DNA from: Schizochytrium sp. TIO01
Lineage: Eukaryota > Protista > Bigyra: Labyrinthulomycetes
NCBI GenBank assembly: GCA_004764695.1
Contig: SMSO01000033.1
Coordinates: 124,001 to 188,000, forward strand
Length of the DNA: 64,000 bases
Direction of reading: 5' to 3'
Shown: positions 12,912 through 22,803 of the stretch, one piece after another
How the letters are laid out: each line of letters begins with the position of its first letter
How positions within the stretch are numbered: the first letter of the stretch is position 1
Notes under the pieces: generated by a model
What the model was told of the DNA's origin: nothing
Databases searched by the model: none
The model's input: the letters and a program-made list of their open reading frames with translations, nothing else
Made by a program: the position numbers and the translations under genes

Positions 12912-13977
12912 GCCAGAGACCCCTTGCGCTATTGCGGAGGCAAAAACACCGCCATCTACCGTCGACCAATCAGAAGTGCTACTACCTAGATATGATTGCT
13001 TCAAGTTCTTGCTTCAATTGGCGGCGCTCGGCTGCTGGTGTGAAGTTGTAAGCGGAGAGAAATAGTGAGTTCAAGTTCGAGACCATCAAGATGACAATAG
13101 TAGCATCAGCGGGAGCTTCAAATCGATGATAAAGCACTCAGCATGGGGTGTGTCTTGCCAATTTTTAGAACCACGATGGAATTCAATCTGCGGTCAACGA
13201 TTGCACTGTGCTAAGAATCGCTTGCACTATGCCACAGCCACAGGAACCCGCTCGCTCAGAATATGGGCACCTTTGCGGCTGAAGACAGAAGGTACCTACT
13301 TACGTGTAGACACTACAACATGAAAAGCTTTCTTCAATCAATCCTGCCTGCATAGTGAGTCATTGGCGATGATCATGGTGGTAGCGTTCGTAGCATCATG
13401 GTCATCGATAAAACTACTAACATCATTTCGTGGACAGGCTCCAAAATAATCGTCGAGTTGGCGAACCCCTGAAGAGAGCCTGCCCAAGCGGCAATGCTAG
13501 AAGATGACAAGTCAATCTGCGAACCTGCGCATGATCCCAGAAGCGGTGCGTTTAGTGCAGTTCTGAACTTGAGCTGCCTTTATGTCTTGCAAGCAGAGCG
13601 GATCAGCAGCTGTACAAAGTCTCAGTCTTGACAGCAACGACTGCCTCAAATCCTTGAACTTCGCGGCCCATTAAAAAGGTAACCTTTGTTTTCGTTCCTG
13701 CCAAACGAGGACAACCCGTTGGAGGATGCATTGCATGACAGAATAAATAACTTCTTCGACGCGAACTTTAATAGCAAGCTCCCGCGTGCACACTTCGAGT
13801 GGCTTCTTCGCTATAAGCATCACTTGCTTAAACATTCACTCGCTCGCACGCTCGCTCACACTACGACGCTAGCAACGGCGCGAGCAATTTGTAAAAGGGC
13901 CCAATTGAGAAAGTGCTCGCACGACATCTTTCCAAGACCATTATCTTTACCTAGGTAGATCAACACGCGCTGCGACT

Positions 13978-14004
13978 AACAAACAAACAAACAAACAAAC
14001 AAAC
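13978..14004. repeat. (AAAC)n microsatellite
   Basis: Read directly. Confidence 0.9.
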
Positions 14005-17000
14005 TTACACATTATAAATAAACTTGAAGTGCAGCAGTTGTAGGACGGTGGAACGTGCAGGTTTTGCAGCCTTCCCAACATTGTGTCGAGCTGCTTTGAC
14101 CCGAGTTTTGACTCATCCCGAAGAAAGTTTTTTTTTTTTTTTTTTTTTTAATTAAGCATAGCTTCTGAGAGTGCTCGCTCGCTTGCTGTTAAAACTGCTT
14201 GCTAGCTAGGTACTCAGTAGGTAGGTTGTACTACTTCAGGTTAGACGACGAAACAAAGTGCATGTGCAGGCGAGAATGTGAGCAAACGGAAGGCGATGCG
14301 AGCTCAAGCACCCATCAGCGCCCAACGCAGAGGCGAGAACGCATCGCCGTTCGAGAGATTTTAGTTAGCAGCCAAGAGGACCTCAAGTGATCAAATCAAG
14401 ATCTCGTGTGAAGAGAGTCTGCTTTTGTGAACAAGGCAAATTTCACTTTCGTCATCGTCACCTCATGAGTCTCAGAAATGCAACACAGCATGAACAATAG
14501 ACTTTGAGCTTGAAGCAGATTACCATCCGTGATTATCATGATAACCATAAATGGCGTGTCTGGAAGTAGCTCGAATGCTGCTACAAGACCATGCAACGGC
14601 AGGGCTCGTCATGCCGTCACGGCAGTAGCGTTGGCACTACTGGCACTAACAACAGTTCAAGTGCCTTCGATTCATGCATTGTTGTTTAGTATAATTTAAA
14701 AAAATGTTGATGGGTGCTTGAGGCTTCAACAGCTTCCAAGGACCGCAACAGTAGGTGCCTCGACTGTTCTACCATACCTGCTGTTTGGTTTCTACCCCAA
14801 GTCCAAGTTGTTCCTGGGTTCACTCTAGCTAGAGTGAACCATTATACTCGCCTCCGGTTTTATCTTGATGTTCTGATTTGGCGAGCTGTTCGTAGCACTA
14901 AGACTTGAGCTTTGTGGATGTACTTCTACTAGCATGGCTACTCCACCAGCAGTAAGTTCAAGGCGTTTGAGGGCTTCGCAGTTGCAGGCTAGGAATATTG
15001 CAGCGGCACGTGCCATCTTGACACCGCAGCGACTGTGAATGCTTCACCGGTTAGGCTTCATATCCTTTCAGAGATTGAGGACCCAGAGCTGGTTTTGTGC
15101 TCAGGGTGGTGACAGCCTCCTACGGTGAAGTACGTAAATTATTATCAAGCACAAGGTCGATGGAATGGAGAAGAGAAGTAATGGGCTTCGCTCGATTGGT
15201 ATTTCGTAAGATACCTTTTCTCGTGGCATGGCACATGCTTTCTTCAGACTCGATCGTTTTCAAGTGCCCGCTGGATTTGGCGATTACCTTTGACACGGAA
15301 TCGTCTCGCCCAATACATTTTCTCCGTCGTTGAGATAGGCTCCAGCCCCGTTTTTAATCGACGCACAAAGAAAAGAAGGCTTCCATGGTGACACTCCTTG
15401 GCGATCTTGCGTATCCGATAAAATCCAAGAAATACCTGCAAGATCAAATGGAGCCTTGTCGTCTGCAGTTTTAACTTTTTATATCAAAATTAGCTCTCTG
15501 TCTTCGGTATTCCGCAATAAATCGAAGAGACTCTTCTTTTTGTTCTGAGATCTTTGCCTTTGCGGAGTCAAAAAATTGATATCTCGATAATTTACCGATT
15601 TCTAACACCAAATAGTTATGGGCGCTTTTTAAATCAGGGAATACGTACCTAGTCGGAGCGAGACAACTATTCTGGGCCGTCAAATACTCGAACGGTTGAC
15701 AAGGGTTGTGCAATTTCGAGCGGCAGTCATCCGTCATGGTTCTCTTAAAATCTGGAGAAAAAGGAGGAAAAGTATGAAAAGCCTGAACGTTTTAAGATCG
15801 TCAAAATAAAGCCCTGACGGACAATCACCGAATCACTTGGTGGCTCGATTTCCCTCAAGAGCGTCATTTAATGCTTTCACTCGCGAGACGGGCCGCAACC
15901 CAAGCATGCATCTACTGACTGTACTAGTTTTTGCTTTTTGCTTTTTAATTATAAAAAGGGAGTACGTACTGGTTTTTAGATGAGAGAAGTTTTGAGTTTC
16001 AAGTTCTTCGTAGTAGGTACAGCTGAATATACTCGAATCATTCAAGGATCACTCGACACTCCTCTTGAGTTGTGCTTTCAAAAGATATTCATCATTTTCG
16101 GAAAAAAAAAACAGACTTTGCGATGAGAATAACATCAACTACAAAAATGGCGCTATCTCTTTTAAATCATGGCCGTGAGCTAATTCTGTACCGCTGTTAC
16201 TCACTCCTGCATCAGAACACGTTCTTACTGGTGCGTAAATAAAACAAGCGCGACTCCTGGAGGGAGATTGTGAGCATTATCAAACCCTCCCAAGATCTAA
16301 ACTCCTTTTCATCTTCAATTGCACGAGGTCATGGCTTCTACCTAAAGCTATTTTATTTAGTGTACAAACAATCAGCGCTAAAAGAAGGCTCACATCTTTG
16401 CGCAATTCGTACTAAAACTCAAAATCAAAAAGTAAAATCGGCCTGTTCTGATATTTTCCACCTAGCTAGAGTAGGCAAATCCATTTCAAGTTCTCTGTGC
16501 AAAATGTGAAGCCCCACTTGCCAGCATCTCCAGTTTACATCCTTGCCTTCAGATTGTCTCTCAACCTCTTCCTCATCATTTGCAAGTAGGTACCTATCTA
16601 CCTAGGGATAGTAGTAGATGGTAACTAGGTACACACACCTTCTCCTCAGTGCACACTCGATCCGTCCTTCGTTGGCCCCTGACTAGTAGCTTCTAAGGTT
16701 TATGTTATGTACCTGTTTTTAGAGGGACGAGCGATACAAAGCAGCAGATAAGATCAGTTTAGAATCGCCAAACTTGCGCTTTTCACGTGGCTTATCAGCT
16801 TCAGGCTGCTTGCTGCTAGACGTGGGCGGTTTTAATAACTGGATGTGATAAGTAAGTATCTCCAGAAGGCAGCTTCGCGTATTCTTTCCGAAATATCAAG
16901 TGAACCAAGGGTATGGCCTCAAACAGTACTTCGATTGAAGTCCTACTGGAACCCATACTTAACCTCATAGGACCCAGTACGTATAACTTGCACAATATCA

Positions 17001-17900
17001 AAAGGAACCTATCAGAACTAAAATCAAAGACATAATGGCGCAGTAGCTACCCAGCCCGTCCTTTGTTCGTTGCTGCAAACACCGCTGTCTGTACAATCGC
17101 CTTTGCACTCAACGCCACGCCAATCTGCTGGGCCTGAAAAAACTAAGCTCGAAGGACCAGGCGTCTCGCTCAATCGGGTAACACGGGGAACGCCATTTTC
17201 CCTCTATCTTTCTCAATCTCTTCGTTAGCAGATACGTACTTACTATGACGAAGTTTCGTTTTTTGTTTAGTTGTCTCATTCAAGAAGCCGGATATAGGAT
17301 AAACATTAGCCGTTGCCGCAATAGACTAGGCTGCTCATACGCCTAGGTGGGTTAGGAGTGCCGTAGGATGCCGTGCGCGCGCTGCAAGTGAGTTATAGGA
17401 GGGATGCAAGTGGGTTATACTTTCCGGATAAACAAGGGAGTGGACATCGCAAAGTGGGCTATAGAGACCCGTACAGTAGGCTATTCCCTCGCGAGACGAG
17501 AAGAGGGTGCAAACGAAGAGGCAGAAGCCGCGAGCTGAGGACGCAAACCGGTCGAGCCTATTCGCAAAGAGCGGTGGGTCCCTGATAACGATCAGCTTCT
17601 CCGACGCTTGATGCCAGGAACGCGCGGACCCACTCACTCACAGGGTAGTAACTCCTTCGCCCGTCTTTATTTGTTTGTAGTAACTCAGGAACCTAACTAA
17701 GTGGCGGTGGCAGACTGAACGAGTGAGTGCGTGAGATGGCAAGTGAAGTATAGCGATGGCACAACTAGAACAAAAGGGCACCTCACAGTGGAGTATAATT
17801 CAGTACAGTGGAACATAACATGTGCTCGCAGTTTGTTGGAGTTTTTTTTCCTCGACTGAAAGAGAGACTGAAAGAAGGAAAGTGCGCGGAGGGTCTCTCT

Positions 17901-17902
17901 TT

Positions 17903-17968
<66 letters not shown>
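17901..17968. repeat. (TTTC)17 microsatellite
   Basis: Perfect TTTC run of 68 bp. Confidence 0.95.
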
Positions 17969-17969
<1 letters not shown>

Positions 17970-19549
17970 GTCGCTTTCATGACAGACATTGCAAACGGTG
18001 ATGCTGTTGCGATTGCGATGACGTCCTTACCCAGCGGCAGTCAGGACAGGTCAGCGAAGGAAACATCAGACTCGATATACCTGCAGATATGCGCTCTTGC
18101 ATTTAGGTTTCTGAAGATCGGAGTTTTCCGTCTGCTTCAATGCTTCAATGAGCTGCTTTGAAGCTTCTTCTTCTTTCTTTCCTAAGAAGCTCATGATTTT
18201 GTTTTATTTATTTAATTATTTATTTATTTAAAGTTATTTATTTATGAAAAAAGAAAGCAATGGCCGTCTCAGACAAACTCATATCAACCGCCGATCCTGC
18301 TGGCCAAATCAATGCAAGCAAGAGCTGCACGAGATGCAAACCATCTCGCAAGTGAGTTCAACTTGAAGGGCCCACCTCGATGAAGAAGCCCTGTGCTGCG
18401 ATCGATGTATTTAATTAAAGTTATACCGCGCGGCAACAATCAATCTGTTCTTGACTGGGATAAGGTATGATTGAGTGAATGAGGGTTTTCCACGTACTAT
18501 CATTAGTTGAGATGGATGAAGAAAAAGAAAGGAAAATCAATCGCTCATTCACTCTTCTTCTGTAGTCTTGATATCAATACATTCATTCATTCACTCATTC
18601 ACTCATTCTTTCTATGGATGCATATGATAGCTTTTTAAGTTTTTTATTCGAATTAAAGTAATATAATAAAATAGATTAATAATTTGTGATTAGAAGAGAC
18701 ATTAAGCACTGCTAAAAAGCTGTCTCACACTTAATGTTTTACTTTCTTCTCTTTGCTGCGGCGATACCTGTGCTGCCGCTCCTGCAGAGGCGTCGAGAGG
18801 CGCGGCGCGAGAGCAGCGCGAGAGCACAACGGCAGGCAGCTCAGCTACGTGCCAAGCAGCTGCCCCTGCAGCGGCACCCGTGTTTGGACGGTGAGCCGCT
18901 TCTTCGAGCGCCGGTGCACGCACTCCGAAGATTCGCTCATTTCTTCATTCATTCGTTCGTTCGTTCGTTCATTCTCTCTCTCGCTTTGCTCAGTCGTGAC
19001 GCCTGCGACTCCGCTGCACAGCACACGCACGGCCTGCAGAAAAGCGCAGGTGCGCACGGGGAGGATAGAGACGCATAGTTGACATAGCTCAGCGAGCGCT
19101 CAAGTCTACCGGCGTCCTGATTGCTGCCTTCGCAAGCTTGCTCGCGGTGACACCTCCTTCCTCTGGTAATAATTTGCAGCTCCATATCGCACAAATCGCT
19201 ATATTTAATCATATCGAAAGTCTGCGGTGCAGGAGTCTACAAAAGCTTACGCCGTGATTTCGTGAGGCACTGAGGATTTTGCGGAGCTGATTTGCATCGG
19301 GCTCTGTAGACTACATTGCGAATTCCACGTTAATTACGTCTGCTTTTTTGTGTTTTCTTGTATCGAATTGCCGAGACCGTGAGGTATTGTCTTGCAATAG
19401 TGTACTGTTGTTGACGTGTTTAAATTGCTTGAAGGGAACAACTGTATTGCTAAACCGGTGTGAAGGCCTGACCTGAAGATATTACTGAATTTTGCGTGGG
19501 GAAACGCAAATTGAATTTTGGGTAAGCAATCAAAGCTGTTACCCAGAGC

Positions 19550-21706
19550 ATGTCCTCGGGCTCGTGGTCTGATCGCGTACTTGGAAAGGATAATCGTGCT
19601 ACAGGTGATTCTGATAACTCAATGCAGGCTTCGGAATCCTCAACTTCAATTCCTGTGGATTCCCCTTGGGCGTTTAGTCCACGGACCGGTCCACAACAGG
19701 GTAACAGCGATGGCAGCAACACCTCAGCCGAGGCCAGTCACCACCACGCTCTTGGAGGTCGTGTAGACTCCAATGCGGCTGAAGATGGTGTGCACCATCA
19801 AAGCCCTTCGTCCGTGGGTCTCCATAACAGTTCTTCCGAACTCAACGATGTTTTCTCTGGCCTCGATATCGGTCACGACACCGATTCGTCAGGAGCGATG
19901 CCTTCACCCCTCTTGGGTCTTGATGTGATGGGATCTTCTTTTGGGGCTGGCTCGAACTCATCCCCATTCTCCTTCTCTAAGAATGTGACCGGCCCATCTT
20001 CCTCCTCCTCCAACAACAACAACAACGGACCCTCTGCTGTCCCTTCGGGCCCTGCTACCGCAACCCCGCCTCCCATCTCGCACCGCACTGCATCTCTATG
20101 GGGATTGAGTCTCTCTGCGGCCTCTGTCACTACGAATGATCACCACGCCTTGGTTGATTTCGTTCTCCGAGCCAAGGAAAACGACCGAGCTGCTGCACGG
20201 CAGTACCTTTTGGGTGCTTTTCAAATTCTCGGTGGCGCCACAGATGCCGAAAGCACTGCCCGTCGCCCCAATGTGCACGCAGCTAACTCAAGACTGAACC
20301 GCCAGCACTCTGCGCCGTCGGGTAGCGCCTCTGGCTCTGGCCTCAAGTCGCTCACAGCGAGCGCTTTGCTCATGTCCACGTTGCAGCAGCAACACCAAAA
20401 TCATATCAACGGCCATGCCACAAACAACAACACCGGCGGAAACAGCGTTGGTAGCAATGTTGGTAGCAATGGTAACGCTAATAGCAACCTTCATCCTCAC
20501 CATCATGCTAATAACACCAACAACAGCTCCAACACCGCAACCAATAACATCAATAACAACAACTCTGGCCTCAACAACACTGCCAACCCGAACAACAACT
20601 CCGCCAACAACACCAACACCAATGCTGGCAGCAAGGCTCATAGCTCGCATCTCGTGAGTGATACGAACTCCAATGCCTCAGCATCTACCCCCAGCTCTAA
20701 GAGCAACGACAACGGTCTTGCCAATGAGCGCGCATTCAATGCATTCCTCAACGACGAGACCGATGCCAAGCCCAGCACGCTTGTCCTCTTGGTGCCGGGA
20801 TCCAAGACCGTCGTCGGTCATATCATTGGCAAATCCGGCTCGTGGATCTCTCATCTTGAGCGAACCTCCAATGTGTCCGTGTCAGTAGCCAAGCCATCGC
20901 AAATGCCTCTTGGTTCTTCGGAACGCCGCATTACGATCACTGGCACAGTGGCGAACTGTGTCCATGCACAGCAAAAGCTTGTGCGCAGAGTCCACGAAAA
21001 GCTCTTGGAAGAAGGTGTTAAGCAGGAGTTCATCAAGATGGTCATTCCTTTCGTAATTGTGCCACACCTCATCGGTAAGAACGGCGCGAGCATCAAGCGC
21101 TTCCAAGACCTTTCCTCGGCACGCATCCAGATTGATCAAGATTCGCCAATCGTTCCGGGCTCTGTGGGCCGCGCTGTGACTATCCAAGGTTCTCAGCATG
21201 CTCGATCGTTGGCCGCTTACCTGATCTTGCGTCATCTCAGCGAGTTCCGTCTTGCTAAGGAATGGCGTGGAGGTCGACCACCCGAGTATTCTGCAGGTGC
21301 TCTTGCAGATATGCAAGCCCAGTTCGACCTCAAGATGCAACTTATGGAAAATAGCCCGTCGCATGCGGCTATGTCTCCTAACAATGCTGCATCGCCCAAC
21401 AACTACGCAACGTCAGCACCTGCTGGAGGCGTACCCTCGCCGTCAGCCACACCTGACATGTACGTGCAAGTCAACCAGTTCTCGCCTGCGCCGCAAATGA
21501 CTTCGCATGATACCTCCGGAAACCACATGTACTACGGCCACCCCCAGGCACCTGAAAACCACGGGGTCTCCATGTACCCAAACAGTTACCATGACAGTCT
21601 GCATCAACCATACCATATGCAGCAACCTGAGCACCACCCTTTTATGCACCAAACGCACCAGCCGCCTGCCAACTCTCACCTCCACGCTGCCAGCCGTATG
21701 TACTGA
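19550..21706 (+). CDS. KH-domain RNA-binding protein (two type-I KH domains, NOVA/PCBP-like) with long Asn/Ser/His-rich low-complexity regions
   Basis: KH GxxG loops VGHIIGKSGSWI...ERRITITG and VPHLIGKNGASIKRFQDLSSARIQI...RAVTIQG; 718-aa intact ORF. Confidence 0.9.
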   Translation: MSSGSWSDRVLGKDNRATGDSDNSMQASESSTSIPVDSPWAFSPRTGPQQGNSDGSNTSAEASHHHALGGRVDSNAAEDGVHHQSPSSVGLHNSSSELNDVFSGLDIGHDTDSSGAMPSPLLGLDVMGSSFGAGSNSSPFSFSKNVTGPSSSSSNNNNNGPSAVPSGPATATPPPISHRTASLWGLSLSAASVTTNDHHALVDFVLRAKENDRAAARQYLLGAFQILGGATDAESTARRPNVHAANSRLNRQHSAPSGSASGSGLKSLTASALLMSTLQQQHQNHINGHATNNNTGGNSVGSNVGSNGNANSNLHPHHHANNTNNSSNTATNNINNNNSGLNNTANPNNNSANNTNTNAGSKAHSSHLVSDTNSNASASTPSSKSNDNGLANERAFNAFLNDETDAKPSTLVLLVPGSKTVVGHIIGKSGSWISHLERTSNVSVSVAKPSQMPLGSSERRITITGTVANCVHAQQKLVRRVHEKLLEEGVKQEFIKMVIPFVIVPHLIGKNGASIKRFQDLSSARIQIDQDSPIVPGSVGRAVTIQGSQHARSLAAYLILRHLSEFRLAKEWRGGRPPEYSAGALADMQAQFDLKMQLMENSPSHAAMSPNNAASPNNYATSAPAGGVPSPSATPDMYVQVNQFSPAPQMTSHDTSGNHMYYGHPQAPENHGVSMYPNSYHDSLHQPYHMQQPEHHPFMHQTHQPPANSHLHAASRMY

Positions 21707-22411
21707 AAGCTGCCATGACCTGGAGGGGGATTTCGACCCATTGATTGAACCGGCTCGGTGCATATGAGCGCGCCTGCCACGCGCAATATTTTGCGATCAC
21801 AAGTTTTCTGATCTGGACTCCTGAATCACACGGCTCTGCCTGCTGTTTGACTGATTGACTTTGCACCTTTAGACACACGACTGTTGTATGCCTCACGTTT
21901 TGCTTCAGTATCTGTCCATCTATCCATTCTCAGAGAGAGATCATCGACCTTCCTCTCCTTTGTTGAAAATTGTGATTTGATTCATTTGTTGACTGCTCCT
22001 AGATTTCTCTCTTTGTATCTTGATGTCCATTCCCTGGCATGTTATTTTGCCTTCTTGTGCTGTCCGCATCCACATTCCCTCCCCTCCCATGATAGTTTTC
22101 CCAAACCTATGCCTTCATGCAATAATCATCATCGAGCGTCCTCTTCGATCTCTTTCTTTCTAAAGTAAAAGTAGTATGTAGGTAGGAAATCTCGTTTATG
22201 GGACTACGAAGGGGTCGTGATTGCTGAGTCTTACAGCCCCTGCAACAACATTCCTTTTTCATCATTATTATGATAACTCTGCATACGTACCTTAGGTACC
22301 TTGTTATAACTTGATTGAAACATGAAAAGCGTTTGTTTCTATTATCCCCAGTGCTACTCTAGAGTAGGTATACATTGAGGAATGCTTGTCAAACTACTAG
22401 CGTTACCTTCT

Positions 22412-22803
22412 ACCTGCTAGTAGTAGTAAACCAAGAGACCTTTTTTTTTTTTTTAAATCCATAAAGAGCCATTCACAGAACCCAGAATACTTTGGTCAAC
22501 CGTGCAGATCTCAAACTCAAGCAACTCTCGTAAGGAGCTCTCTCGAAAGTACCTTCGGAGAAGACACCCGCTAGAACACACAAGCCACCATGGCTTACAA
22601 AGAGGTCACCTGCTAGTAGTAGTAAACCAAGAGACCTTTTTTTTTTTTTTTAATCCATAAAGAGCCATTCACAGAACCCAGAATACTTTGGTCAACCGTG
22701 CAGATCTCAAACTCAAGCAACTCTCGTAAGGAGCTCTCTCGAAAGTACCTTGGGAGAAGACACCCGCTAGAACACACAAGCCACCATGGCTTACAAAGAG
22801 GTC
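22412..22803 (+). repeat. Near-perfect 196-bp direct tandem duplication covering the 5' leader and first 6 codons of the lipase gene
   Basis: Copy 1 is 22412-22607 and copy 2 is 22608-22803 (acctgctagtagtag...ccaccATGgcttacaaagaggtc). Two substitutions seen: T14AAA vs T15AA, and cttcgg vs cttggg. Confidence 0.95.
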
